Positions 39,197 to 49,120 are shown, counted from the first letter of the stretch. The stretch is DNA of 64,000 nt from an uncultured Candidatus Saccharibacteria bacterium (GCA_964582295.1 CAZOQP010000001.1:9588-73587); one strand, 5' to 3'. Numbers and translations are program-made. The notes: generated by a model not told the origin, from the sequence alone.

Positions 39197-39607
39197 CGTC
39201 GCTCGGGGTATTCTCTGAAAATGGAGGCACGCACTCAGACACAAAAAGAGACCACTCCGGGGCGTGCCCCGGGTCTTAGTCTCTTTTCGTGTCTGAGTGC
39301 TTTACTCAAAAAACATTTTCAGAGAATACCCCTCGCTCCAAAATCAAAATCCACGTAGGACAGTCCTACGTGGATTTGGTAGCGGAGGGCATGACTCGCT
39401 CCTTAAGAAATAAAACTTAGAGCGAACCCAACAGCATTTTTCACACACGCGGGAGGTGGTTTTAGAAATCAAGGAGTTGAGTAGGAAAATGGGAGTGTTT
39501 GAGGAGGCGGATTGTGCCGACGAGTTGCCCATTTTGCGTTATGAGACGACTATGATTTCGTAAACACCGAAGCGGCAGCTGTTTGAAAAATGCTGTTGAG
39601 TGAGCGG
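39197..39607. repeat. modular nested-hairpin repeat, copy B
   Basis: Core 39437-39590; modules shared with copies A and C; contains a REP-like palindrome at 39347-39377. Confidence 0.9.
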
Positions 39608-39611
39608 TATT

Positions 39612-41021
39612 TTATAAATGATATTCTTTTCCTTTTTCTAGAACCTGGGGAGGAATGTCTAAAGTATCTTTTATGCGCTGGGCGAGGAAGCTTGCAGATT
39701 TTAGTTCTCCCATACCTATAAAAACTTTTTTGGGATGAGGAGTTAATTTTGATACAAATTCCACAAGATGGTCAGAATCTTTGTGGCCTGAAAAACCGTG
39801 AATAGAAATTATCCTGGCGCGCACTTTTATTTTCCCTGTTCCTATCATCACTTCCTTTGCCCCCTCTTCAAGCATTCTTCCCACCGTGCCCGCTGCCTGA
39901 TAGCCCATAAGAAGCACTGTGGTGTCCGGGTCCGGAAGATAACGTGCTTCGTGGGAAAGGATGCGGCCTCCCGAAGACATTCCGGAGCCCGCAAGAATTA
40001 TTTTCGGCCCGAGCACTTTTTCTATTGTGTGTGAATCGGAGACACGCGCTGTTTCTTTGAGAGTTGCGAAACGGAAAAGGCCGTCCTTTTCATTCATGCT
40101 TTGAAGCGCCCCTTCATTAAAAAGCTCGGTCATTTTTTCATATATATGCGTCACCCGGATAGCGAGAGGAGAATCTAAAAACACAGGCACGCGCGGCAGA
40201 AGGCTGGCATCCCACATTCCGTTCAAAAGCGAAAGAACTATCTGGGTACGCTCAATTGAAAAACACGGAATAAGAATAGTGCCGCCATTCTCCACGGCTT
40301 TTTCAATAGTATGTCTGAAATTGGCTTCTCTTTCCTCTATACCTTCATGGTTCCGGTCACCATATACGCTCTCCATAAGCAGAAAATCTGGACCCGGCGG
40401 GATTTCGGTATCCCGCAGAAGGAGTGACGGGGAATTACCCAGGTCTCCTGTTGCTAAAAGAGAACACTCCCCTGTAGGTGTTTTCATGTTTATCCAGTAC
40501 ATAGCTGAACCCAAGATGTGGCCAGCGTCGTACGGAACTACGGAAACGCCGGGAGCTATCTCCGTACTTTCATGATAAGAAACCGTTTGCCACAGGGAGA
40601 AAGCGCGCACAAGATGAGCTTCATTGAAAGCGGGCGGGACATTCGCTATGCGGCTTTTTTCGGCCTCAATATGCGCCGCATCCTGAAGCGATACTTCGGC
40701 AATAGCTTTGGTCTCACGGGTTGAATAAATAGTGCCGGTAAAACCTTCTTTCACAAGCTGGCCTATGCGGCCGATATGATCCAAATGCGCGTGAGTAATA
40801 AGAAGAGCACGAATTTCTTTTGCATCATATGCAAATTGCTTTCTGTTCTCCCTTTCATTCTCAGGTGTTCCCTGATGAAGACCACAATCAATAAGAATTT
40901 TTACGGGTGCACCTATTCCATCCGCAGGCGGTATACGGATCTCAAAATTAGCACCTGTAACGGTGCCGGCGCCGCCCCATGGAGAAAGTACGATGCCGGA
41001 ATTTTCTTCAGGTTTCGTCAT
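39612..41021 (-). CDS. MBL-fold beta-CASP ribonuclease
   Basis: THAHLDHIG, AGHILGS, ESVYG, FSGHKD. Confidence 0.92.
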   Translation of the reverse strand: MTKPEENSGIVLSPWGGAGTVTGANFEIRIPPADGIGAPVKILIDCGLHQGTPENERENRKQFAYDAKEIRALLITHAHLDHIGRIGQLVKEGFTGTIYSTRETKAIAEVSLQDAAHIEAEKSRIANVPPAFNEAHLVRAFSLWQTVSYHESTEIAPGVSVVPYDAGHILGSAMYWINMKTPTGECSLLATGDLGNSPSLLLRDTEIPPGPDFLLMESVYGDRNHEGIEEREANFRHTIEKAVENGGTILIPCFSIERTQIVLSLLNGMWDASLLPRVPVFLDSPLAIRVTHIYEKMTELFNEGALQSMNEKDGLFRFATLKETARVSDSHTIEKVLGPKIILAGSGMSSGGRILSHEARYLPDPDTTVLLMGYQAAGTVGRMLEEGAKEVMIGTGKIKVRARIISIHGFSGHKDSDHLVEFVSKLTPHPKKVFIGMGELKSASFLAQRIKDTLDIPPQVLEKGKEYHL

Positions 41022-41374
41022 GATTGTTTAGGAGACAGAAAATAAATAGTGGCGCCAGCTGCTGCGATCGCCGTGAAAACATCATACAAAGTGTCGCTCA
41101 GGAAATTATCTGAAACAAATGTAGTGCCTGTCTGAAATTCAAATATCTCCCAGAACAAAGCAAGAAGAAGTACCACTAGAAGAGCGTAGGAGCGTTTCAA
41201 ATATACGAGTGCAAGGGCGGCAACGCCAATGCCTATGAGCGCGTGCATTAAAAAATCAGACCATTGGTATCTCCAGTACCAAAAACCATGAAGAGCGGAG
41301 CGATGAAAGACCGACGCCGCAAAAATAGAGAAAAATGAAAGGGCAAGAGCAAATGGCCGCCGGGCTGGATGCAT
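41018..41374 (-). CDS. hypothetical membrane protein
   Basis: D..MH...WEIFE...DT..D pattern in hydrophobic helices; coupled to the downstream gene. Confidence 0.7.
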   Translation of the reverse strand: MHPARRPFALALSFFSIFAASVFHRSALHGFWYWRYQWSDFLMHALIGIGVAALALVYLKRSYALLVVLLLALFWEIFEFQTGTTFVSDNFLSDTLYDVFTAIAAAGATIYFLSPKQS

Positions 41375-41409
41375 GAGTTTATTCTATTATCGCACACCAT
41401 TCAAACAGA

Positions 41410-41445
41410 ACGAAAGAATTCAGCCATATGGCTGAATTCTTTCGT
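41410..41445. terminator. 36-bp perfect palindrome
   Basis: acgaaagaattcagccatatggctgaattctttcgt. Confidence 0.6.
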
Positions 41446-41738
41446 AGGGCCGCGGCAGAAATTCCCTTTGCATGAAGCAATGTGGGTTTCCGCAGCCGGG
41501 GAGCTATGTGAAGTCCGTAAAACGGAGTCAACGTGCTCGGGCAATATAGGAATCCCTGAGAATTTGGTATCCGGAAATTTCGCCAGAACGACCCTGCAAG
41601 AATTATAGACGCGCGAAAGTCCGAATACCAACAGGGATAGCGGAATACGAAACAAAATGCGATATGAAGGCAAGCTGGAGCACTAAAATAGCTCTTTATA
41701 TCAGGATTTTTTGAAATAGCTTTTTATTCCAGCACTTA

Positions 41739-42338
41739 TTACTCCAAAATCCCGTCTATGTTGACGTCGTAGAGTATCTTTTCCTGAACAAGAGTGTAAT
41801 TGATCAGTTCCGCAGGAGAAAACCATATATCTATCTCTCTTAGAGCTTCAGAAGGTTGGTCGGAACAATGGACGAGGTTTCTCACAGCCCGGCCGTCTGT
41901 GTTTGAAATGTCATATGAATCCAAAGTGAAGTCTCCGCGAATGGTACCAACATCAGATGTAGTAGGTTCCGTGCCCCCAACAAGTTTTTTTACGATAGCC
42001 ACGGACTGATTGCCTTCAACTACAAAGCCAACGATAGGACCTATCATGAAATATTTATAAAGCGCCTCCAATACGTCGCGGCCGTATTCAATGGCGGACT
42101 TTACGGGCTCCTTCCCGTCTTTTTTGAGATTTTCCACTGTACGCGACCCTACCTTTTCACACCATACGTCGTCTTTTCCATAATGTTCAACCGTTCTTGC
42201 TTTATCTGGTACGAACATTTTCATGGCAATTATCTTGAGGCCCGTTTGTTCTACGCGCTTCACTATCTCCCCTAAAAGGGAGCGCTGGATGCCGTCGTGC
42301 TTCACGGCCACGAATGTTCTTTCTTTTTTAGGATGCAT
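41739..42338 (-). CDS. ndk: nucleoside-diphosphate kinase
   Basis: ERTFVAVKHDG, GTIRGDF, RNLVHCSD. Confidence 0.93.
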   Translation of the reverse strand: MHPKKERTFVAVKHDGIQRSLLGEIVKRVEQTGLKIIAMKMFVPDKARTVEHYGKDDVWCEKVGSRTVENLKKDGKEPVKSAIEYGRDVLEALYKYFMIGPIVGFVVEGNQSVAIVKKLVGGTEPTTSDVGTIRGDFTLDSYDISNTDGRAVRNLVHCSDQPSEALREIDIWFSPAELINYTLVQEKILYDVNIDGILE

Positions 42339-42378
42339 AAGGCGTAAGCTTACAGCTTTTATCTTTTAGCTTCAAGCT

Positions 42379-43152
42379 TTAATGAGCAGTGAGAATAATC
42401 GGGCCATCTTTTGTAATAGCGACCGTATGCTCGAAATGAGCGGATTTGGAACCATCCGCCGTTTTATATGTGAAGCCGTCACGTGAAAGAGAAATGTGGG
42501 GCGACCCGGGAGTGAACATGGGCTCAATTGCTATAACAAGTCCTTCTACAAGCCGTGTACCTTCTCCCTTAACTCCCATGTTTGGTACATAAGGATCTTC
42601 ATGCACGGAATATCCCACACCATGCCCCGCCAAGCCCTCGCAAATATTAAAGCGGGCACGATCGGCCACTCTTTCTATAGTCGCGCCTATGTCCCCAGTG
42701 TGGTTGCCTAAAAGGGCCGCATCAATTCCTGCGTAAAGCGCGCGCTGTGTCGCGGAAATAAGCATCTCATCGTCATGGGATATTTTTCCCACTGCAACAG
42801 TGATAGCGGAATCGGTGATAAGACCTTCATGGCGGATACCGAGATCTATGGAAACAACATCCCCTTCTTTAAGTATCTTCATTTTCTCGTTCGGCACGCC
42901 GTGGACTATCTCTTCATTGACCGAAACGCAGAGAGTGGCCGGATATGCTCTCTTTGCGCCTTCCGGTTTGTAGTTCAAAAAGGCGGGCACATCGCCATAT
43001 GCCTTGATGCGCTTCATGGCATATTCATTAAGCTCATTCGCGGAAATTCCGGGCTTTATCATTTCCTTGAGCTCTTCAAGAATGAGGGCGTGTCTTTTAC
43101 CTCCTTCACGAAGGATCTGGATCTCAGAGAACGTCTTGGGTCGGATTGTCAT
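42379..43152 (-). CDS. map: type I methionine aminopeptidase
   Basis: SVNEEIVHG, GHGVG..VHEDP, AIEPM, AHFEHT. Confidence 0.96.
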   Translation of the reverse strand: MTIRPKTFSEIQILREGGKRHALILEELKEMIKPGISANELNEYAMKRIKAYGDVPAFLNYKPEGAKRAYPATLCVSVNEEIVHGVPNEKMKILKEGDVVSIDLGIRHEGLITDSAITVAVGKISHDDEMLISATQRALYAGIDAALLGNHTGDIGATIERVADRARFNICEGLAGHGVGYSVHEDPYVPNMGVKGEGTRLVEGLVIAIEPMFTPGSPHISLSRDGFTYKTADGSKSAHFEHTVAITKDGPIILTAH

Positions 43153-43828
43153 CTAGATTTATCGCCTCTTCTTTAGGCGCGAGAGCAGAAGATACATAAC
43201 TGTATGAACTAACGCAAGCTGTAGGATCTTTAGGGAGAGCGGCCACCTTCGGAAGCTTGGCCATGATATCTTGCGAGACTTTTTCTATGGACTGCTCGCC
43301 ATTTATCTCAATAAAATTGAATGGCTTTTTCTCACGAAGGTAATCAACTGCCGGCATCACTTCCGTATCAAACCAGGACATCCTCAAAGATATTTCTTTA
43401 GTGTTGTCATCTGCCCGCCCGCGGCCTACCAGGCGGTCGTGGGCCCATCCCTTTGATACATTCATATAAATGACCGTTGGGTTAATGAAACCCAGGAATG
43501 GAAATAGCCCGTCCAAAACATATGCTTCGGATAACGTGCGCGGAGTGCCATCGAAAATAAGACTCTGTCCTTTCTTGTATTCATTCATGATTATGTGACC
43601 CCACGCCCCTACTGCAAGGAATGACGGCTGAAGACCGCCCGTGTCCATGACATTTTTTGCCAAGGTCGCGACGAAATTTTCCTTTTTCATGAACTCACGA
43701 AAAAAATCGCCCAGATAAACGGAAAGATAAGGAATGCCGCAACCCTCCAAATGCTTTGTGAGAAGTGACTTTTGAGTACCCTTTCCGCACCCAGAACGCC
43801 CGATAAACATGAATACTTCCGGCTGCAT
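43124..43828 (-). CDS. adk: adenylate kinase family protein
   Basis: GRSGCGKGTQ, FDGTPR, GRGRADD; between secY and map; start ATG 43828. Confidence 0.85.
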   Translation of the reverse strand: MQPEVFMFIGRSGCGKGTQKSLLTKHLEGCGIPYLSVYLGDFFREFMKKENFVATLAKNVMDTGGLQPSFLAVGAWGHIIMNEYKKGQSLIFDGTPRTLSEAYVLDGLFPFLGFINPTVIYMNVSKGWAHDRLVGRGRADDNTKEISLRMSWFDTEVMPAVDYLREKKPFNFIEINGEQSIEKVSQDIMAKLPKVAALPKDPTACVSSYSYVSSALAPKEEAINLDDNPTQDVL

Positions 43829-43851
43829 AGGAATATTGTACACCCTAAAAT

Positions 43852-44187
43852 GTCGCTCGGGGTGATGACGAAAAGAGTACGCATAAAAATCTGCTGATTT
43901 TTTGCTCACCCTCGCGCCGTCGCGCTGCACAGCCTCTTTTCGTCATCACCCCTCGCTCCTTAAGAGTTGGAACTTAGAGCGAAAAGTGCAGTATTTTTCA
44001 CACACGCGAGAGGTGGTTTTAGAAATCAAGGAGTTGAGTAGGAAAACGGGAGTGTTTGAGCAACACCCTAACATACGATATATCGTATGTTAGGGTGTTG
44101 CGAGTTGCCCATTTTCCGTTACGAGACGACTATGATTTCGTAACCACCGGAGCGGCAGCTGTTTGAAAAATACTGCACTTTGAGCGG
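43852..44187. repeat. modular nested-hairpin repeat, copy C
   Basis: Core 43994-44170 with a 42-bp palindrome (44060-44101) at its apex. Confidence 0.9.
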
Positions 44188-44193
44188 TCATCT

Positions 44194-45468
44194 TTAGTAT
44201 TCTCGAGCGGTAATCTGCGCGCCCAATTTTTTCACAACATCAAGAATAACTGAAACCACAATAAGGAGTGCTGTACCACCGATAGCAAGCGCTTGGAAGC
44301 CGGTCAAAGCTCGCATAACGAGAGGAAGGACAGCGATAACGCCGAGGAAGAGAGCACCAATGAGAGTGAGGCGGGTCAAGATCTTTGCAACATATTCGGA
44401 TGTGGACTGGCCCGGGCGAACTCCGGGAATGAATGCCCCGTTTTTCTGCAAATTATTAGCCATCTGATCTGGATCAAATGTAACGGCAGTGTAAAAATAT
44501 GTGAACAAAAAGATGAGAATGAAATAAGAGACGCCGTAGAACCACTGATTAGCAAGGATAATGGTACCTGTCGCAGCTATCTGCCTTATCACTTCATTTC
44601 CTGCGGTGGACAAGAAGTTGAGGATCATTTGAGGGAAAAGGAGTATGGAAAGAGCAAAGATAATTGGAATAACTCCCGCCTGGTTGATGCGAATAGGAAG
44701 ATAGGTGGACAAGCCGCCATAGACACGGTTGCCTCTCACTCTTTTTGCATAAGTTACTGGAATGGGCCGCTCGGCTTCTGTTACTACCACCACTCCGAGA
44801 ATAACTGCCACGGATGCCACCAGGAAAGCCGCGTACACAGGGATCTGTGCTGGAGTGAAGGAGATAAGAAGCTGGCCCAAGCTCTGAGGCAGAGCAGCCA
44901 CGATTCCAGCAAAGATGATGAGGGAAACACCGGAACCCACGCCGTATTCGGAAATAAGCTCTCCCAGCCACATAAGAAGAATTGAACCAGCTGTGATGAT
45001 AGCCACGTTCAGGAACATTGCTCCAGCCCCAAGCGGCTCAAGCGCACCTTGGCGGGTGAGGAGGGTAAGAAAGGCAACTCCCTGAAGGACTGCCAAAGGC
45101 ACCGTGAGTAAACGTGAATACTGTGCAAAGCGCTTGCGCCCTGCATCCCCTTCTTCCTGCATCATGGCCTTGAGTTTCGGGAAGATGATGGTCATGAGCT
45201 GCATGATGATGGAGCCGGTAATGTAAGGGCCGACGCCCAACATGATTATTGAAAGATTGGAAAGACCACCGCCTGTGAAAATGTTCAAAAGACCCAGGAA
45301 CTGGTTCTGAGCAAAGAATTCCGCCAGGCGCGAAGGATCAACACCCGGAATAGGAATGACCGAAAGCACCCGGAAAATGAACAAGATAGCGAGAACGAAA
45401 AAGATGCGCTTGCGCATCACGCTGTCTTCAAAAAGGAGTTTCAGCTTTTGGACAAATTCGTTCAACAT
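44194..45468 (-). CDS. secY: preprotein translocase SecY
   Basis: LGVGPYITGSII, WLGELI..GVG.G.SLIIFAGI, AGVIPIIFA, IPGVRPG. Confidence 0.97.
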   Translation of the reverse strand: MLNEFVQKLKLLFEDSVMRKRIFFVLAILFIFRVLSVIPIPGVDPSRLAEFFAQNQFLGLLNIFTGGGLSNLSIIMLGVGPYITGSIIMQLMTIIFPKLKAMMQEEGDAGRKRFAQYSRLLTVPLAVLQGVAFLTLLTRQGALEPLGAGAMFLNVAIITAGSILLMWLGELISEYGVGSGVSLIIFAGIVAALPQSLGQLLISFTPAQIPVYAAFLVASVAVILGVVVVTEAERPIPVTYAKRVRGNRVYGGLSTYLPIRINQAGVIPIIFALSILLFPQMILNFLSTAGNEVIRQIAATGTIILANQWFYGVSYFILIFLFTYFYTAVTFDPDQMANNLQKNGAFIPGVRPGQSTSEYVAKILTRLTLIGALFLGVIAVLPLVMRALTGFQALAIGGTALLIVVSVILDVVKKLGAQITAREY

Positions 45469-45472
45469 ATGC

Positions 45473-45901
45473 TTATGCTCTCACAGAACCGCCGGCCTTT
45501 TCAATGGCCTCTTTCGCTGAGGCAGAGACCTGGATGCCTTTGAGCACGAGGGCGGAGGAAAGAGTGCCGGTGCCAAGGATTTTCACACGCGGGTACATGT
45601 TACCTGTTTTTTTGATAAGACCTTTCATTTCAAGAGTGCGAGTGGTAACTTCTCCTTTCGGCATTTTCTCAAGAGTTGAAAGCGGAAGGGAAACCACACG
45701 CTTCTGAATGGTGTTGTTAAAATAGCCGCGGAGCTTAGGGAGCTTCTTGATGATATCTCGTTCCTCCGGACGCTTTTTGCGGCCTGAGCGGGCATTCTGG
45801 CCTTTAGTGCCACGACCTGCCGTTTTACCGCGCTTACCTCCGCGTCCTACGGTGCGGGACTTCAGGCGCTTGGTTTTTCTTTTTATAGTATTTAATCGCA
45901 T
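45473..45901 (-). CDS. rplO: 50S ribosomal protein L15
   Basis: VGRGG..GKTAGRGTKGQ.ARSG. Confidence 0.96.
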   Translation of the reverse strand: MRLNTIKRKTKRLKSRTVGRGGKRGKTAGRGTKGQNARSGRKKRPEERDIIKKLPKLRGYFNNTIQKRVVSLPLSTLEKMPKGEVTTRTLEMKGLIKKTGNMYPRVKILGTGTLSSALVLKGIQVSASAKEAIEKAGGSVRA

Positions 45902-45916
45902 GGGAGTATTTGAAAA

Positions 45917-46603
45917 CTATTTTTTGGAAACTCTTTGAGCACCGGAAAGAAGGGACAACGCTTTAAGTGTGGCCTTTGAGATATTCAAAGCATTCTTTGA
46001 ACCGGAAAGGATCTTTGCATTCACTTCTTTGATGCCGGCAAGCTCAAGCACGATACGGGTCGCGGAGCCCGCAAGAATACCTCGGCCCGGAGCTGGCATT
46101 ATCTTCACGCGTGCGCTTGAATATTTAGCCGAAGTTTCGTGGGGAATGCGCATAGCTTTGGTGAGCTCCACTGTCATCAGATGCTTCTTCGCATTCCTTA
46201 CGGCCTTTTCAATGGCAATAGGGGTGTCACCCGCCTTTCCCTGTCCGATACCGACCATACCTTTTCTATTTCCTACCGCAACGATAGCGGAGAAAGAGAA
46301 GCGGCGGCCGCCAGCGACAGTACGGGACACGCGACGGATAGTGATAAGACGATGATCAAATTCGCTCTTAGGGCGGTCGTCGCGCCTGTCTTTCCTTCCA
46401 CGGCGAGGGCCGCCACGCGCACCACCTCGTGCTCCCCTTTTATCTCTCATGTCAGGAGTGAACTGCTTATCAGCCGCCGCAACAGGAGCCATAGGTGCCG
46501 CCGGCACTGGAACATCTGCAACAGGAGCTTCAGCAACTTCAATTGCTTCAGTAGCTACTGTAGTTTCTTCTGTATCTCCAATTATTTTTGTTTCGTCAGA
46601 CAT
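45917..46603 (-). CDS. rpsE: 30S ribosomal protein S5
   Basis: RRVSRTVAGGRRFSF; long N-terminal extension. Confidence 0.96.
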   Translation of the reverse strand: MSDETKIIGDTEETTVATEAIEVAEAPVADVPVPAAPMAPVAAADKQFTPDMRDKRGARGGARGGPRRGRKDRRDDRPKSEFDHRLITIRRVSRTVAGGRRFSFSAIVAVGNRKGMVGIGQGKAGDTPIAIEKAVRNAKKHLMTVELTKAMRIPHETSAKYSSARVKIMPAPGRGILAGSATRIVLELAGIKEVNAKILSGSKNALNISKATLKALSLLSGAQRVSKK

Positions 46604-46608
46604 GATAT

Positions 46609-46962
46609 TTAAAATGTAAGCCCGCCCTCACGTGCACCATTAGCGAATGCCTCTACCTGGCCAGTGTAAATGAAGCCGCCGCGGTCAAAAACAACCGCTT
46701 TAATACCCTTCGCAATAGCCGCTTTGGCCAAGGCATTGCCCGCCATGGCCGCGCGCTCCGTCTCATTTTTACCCTTTACGCCCTTGGTGGTAGCGGAAGC
46801 GATAGTTACTCCTGCCATATCATCTATTATCTGCGCCCAGAAAAAACGGTTGGATTTGTATATGGAAAGACGAGGACGTAAGGATGTACCAGCCACTTTG
46901 GAGCGGATGCGCGCATGGCGCCTCGTTCTCTGTGTTTGTTTTTTCTGTGAAAGGGATTTCAT
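46609..46962 (-). CDS. rplR: 50S ribosomal protein L18
   Basis: RPRLSIYKSN, VVFDRGG. Confidence 0.96.
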   Translation of the reverse strand: MKSLSQKKQTQRTRRHARIRSKVAGTSLRPRLSIYKSNRFFWAQIIDDMAGVTIASATTKGVKGKNETERAAMAGNALAKAAIAKGIKAVVFDRGGFIYTGQVEAFANGAREGGLTF

Positions 46963-46981
46963 GTTTTTCTCTTTTTGGTTT

Positions 46982-47515
46982 TTACACCGATTTCTTGCCC
47001 TGCTTTCGCTTGATGACCTCGTCCGAATAACGGAAGCCCTTTCCTTTGTATGGCTCAGGCTTCTTTAGGTCACGCACGCGGGCAGCGAATTCGCCCACGG
47101 TTTCCTTATCGCTTCCGGTTATTGTCATGGTTCCCTTTTCGATCGCGACCTCAATTCCTTTCGGGATCGGCACCAAAACAGGATGGGAAAAACCCAGGGC
47201 AAGGTGAAGCGTATCATCTTTAACTTCCATCTTGTAGCCGATGCCTTCAAGAATAAGAACTTTTTTGAATTTATCATTTACACCATTCACCATGTTCCTT
47301 GTATGGGAAGCCACAGTGCCTACGAGGGACTTGGTTTCCAAATTCATAACTTTGGGTTTGAAGGAAACCGAATCACCTTCTAGGATTATCTCTATCAAAG
47401 GATTGAGAGGGCGCGATAGTTCTCCTTTGGGGCCTTTCACAGACAAAGTATTATCCGCAACCGTGAGAGTGGTGCCAGATGGAAGCTTTATTCCTTTTTT
47501 TGCGAGACGTGACAT
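46982..47515 (-). CDS. rplF: 50S ribosomal protein L6
   Basis: KGPKGEL, LGFSHP, PEPYKGKG. Confidence 0.96.
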   Translation of the reverse strand: MSRLAKKGIKLPSGTTLTVADNTLSVKGPKGELSRPLNPLIEIILEGDSVSFKPKVMNLETKSLVGTVASHTRNMVNGVNDKFKKVLILEGIGYKMEVKDDTLHLALGFSHPVLVPIPKGIEVAIEKGTMTITGSDKETVGEFAARVRDLKKPEPYKGKGFRYSDEVIKRKQGKKSV

Positions 47516-47542
47516 ATATTTATTTATAGTGAAATTTTTGAA

Positions 47543-47941
47543 CTACCAAATAGTGAAAAGAGCTTCGCCGCCGACCTTTTCTTTACGGGCTTCCATGTCT
47601 GTCATGAGGCCTTTAGGCGTTGAGATGACCATCATTCCGTAGCCGTTCTTTACCGGGCGCATATCGCGGGCAGATTTATACACACGGCGGGAAAGCTTTG
47701 AAACACGCTCTGCTCCGCGGATGCGAGGGCGGGAGCCGACATATGAAAGGGATACGTCAATGTAGCGAGGAATCTTACTTTCTTTGTTCTCACGGGCGGC
47801 CACAGCGGAGATGAAACCGCTCTTTTCCAAAAGATTGAGGATCTCAAGATTGAGGCGCGAATATGGCATAGAAACAGACGCCTTCTCTACGGCTCCTGCA
47901 TTTTTCAAACGTATTAGCATGTCTGCGATCTTGTCGTTCAT
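47543..47941 (-). CDS. rpsH: 30S ribosomal protein S8
   Basis: DKIADML.R.KNA, ISTPKG, GGE. Confidence 0.96.
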   Translation of the reverse strand: MNDKIADMLIRLKNAGAVEKASVSMPYSRLNLEILNLLEKSGFISAVAARENKESKIPRYIDVSLSYVGSRPRIRGAERVSKLSRRVYKSARDMRPVKNGYGMMVISTPKGLMTDMEARKEKVGGEALFTIW

Positions 47942-47953
47942 TTTATTTAAAAT

Positions 47954-48139
47954 TTACCAGGATGATTTCTTTATACCGGGGATCTTTCCCTCATTGGCAA
48001 GCTCACGGAAGCAGATACGGCAGAGATCGAAATCCCTCATATAGCCGCGCTTGCGTCCGCAACGGAAACAACGGCGAACCGCCCGAGTGGAAAACTTGGG
48101 GGTTTTAAGCGACCTTGCTACAACTGATTTTTTAGCCAT
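47954..48139 (-). CDS. rpsN: 30S ribosomal protein S14 (zinc-binding type Z)
   Basis: RCFRCGR...CRICFRE; start ATG 48139. Confidence 0.96.
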   Translation of the reverse strand: MAKKSVVARSLKTPKFSTRAVRRCFRCGRKRGYMRDFDLCRICFRELANEGKIPGIKKSSW

Positions 48140-48185
48140 TGTTTCTAAGTTTCTAAACAAAAAAAGCTCCAAAAAGCTTCGGCTC

Positions 48186-48214
48186 ATCCTAGCAGGGAGA
48201 GGTATCCCTGTCAA
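48186..48214 (-). promoter_or_regulatory. internal sigma70-type promoter before rpsN
   Basis: TTGACA-17bp-TAGGAT on the minus strand, preceded by a hairpin at 48214-48239. Confidence 0.6.
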
Positions 48215-48265
48215 CGGCTCAACCGGCTGGTTGAGCCGTCTAAAACGGCCTGGTTGAGCGGCTTT

Positions 48266-48799
48266 TTATTTCTTGAACGGAATCCCTAAAAGAGATAGGA
48301 AAGCCAGGGCTTCTTCCTTGGTCCTGGATGTGGTCACTACCGTAATGGCCATGCCGAAAACATCCTTCAATTCTTCGTCCGAGGTCTCCGGGAAAATAGT
48401 GTGCTCTTTTATTCCCATAGTGAGGTTGCCCATTTCATCTACTGCAGAAGTAGAGACGCCACGGAAGTCTTTTGTGCGGGGAAGTGCGATATGAATAAGC
48501 TTCTCAAGAAAATCATGGGCGCGGGTGCCGCGAAGAGTTACCTGAAGTCCCACGATATCTCCCTGCCTTGTCTTGAAGGTTGCGATGGACTGCTTTGCAC
48601 CACGCTCCGCAGCTTTCTGACCAGTTATCTTTGCAAGGCGATCTGCCGCCAGTTCTATCTTCTTTTTATCTTTAAAAGAGCCCACGCCCGCTGAAACCAC
48701 CACTTTGGATATCTTGGGTGTTTGCATTACGTTCTTATAGCCGAAATCCCCTTTCAGCTTTTCAAATACCTTTTTCTGATGTTCTTTTATGGTGATCAT
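48266..48799 (-). CDS. rplE: 50S ribosomal protein L5
   Basis: ITGQK, SIATFK.R.G, LPRTKDFRG. Confidence 0.96.
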   Translation of the reverse strand: MITIKEHQKKVFEKLKGDFGYKNVMQTPKISKVVVSAGVGSFKDKKKIELAADRLAKITGQKAAERGAKQSIATFKTRQGDIVGLQVTLRGTRAHDFLEKLIHIALPRTKDFRGVSTSAVDEMGNLTMGIKEHTIFPETSDEELKDVFGMAITVVTTSRTKEEALAFLSLLGIPFKK

Positions 48800-48807
48800 G
48801 GAAATAT

Positions 48808-49116
48808 TTAGGATATCTTGGCTCCGCTCTTCACGGCAGTGCGAACTTTCTTGCCTTTTTCAAAAGTGAAGCGCACACGCGTCGGCTTTTTTGTCTTCGG
48901 GTCAACGATCATGACGTTTGAAACCTGAACAGGCATGGCCTTCTCTATCTTCTGGCCTTTCTGGATGTTCTTGCCGGCGCGCTTGTGAACGATGCGCATG
49001 TTCACCCCCTCCACCAGAATTTTTCCGTCGCGCGGGAAAGACTTAACAACGGTGCCTGTTTTGCCCTTGTCCTTTCCGGAAATTATTATTACGTTGTCGC
49101 CTTTGCGGATTTTCAT
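48808..49116 (-). CDS. rplX: 50S ribosomal protein L24
   Basis: KGDNV.IISGKDKGK. Confidence 0.96.
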   Translation of the reverse strand: MKIRKGDNVIIISGKDKGKTGTVVKSFPRDGKILVEGVNMRIVHKRAGKNIQKGQKIEKAMPVQVSNVMIVDPKTKKPTRVRFTFEKGKKVRTAVKSGAKIS

Positions 49117-49120
49117 GTTT

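Noticed and set aside
41446-41738. Possible RNase P RNA (GAAAGTCC near 41615) or small ORFs
   Set aside because: No complementary 3' P4 strand and no convincing protein; the roughly 290-bp gap remains unexplained
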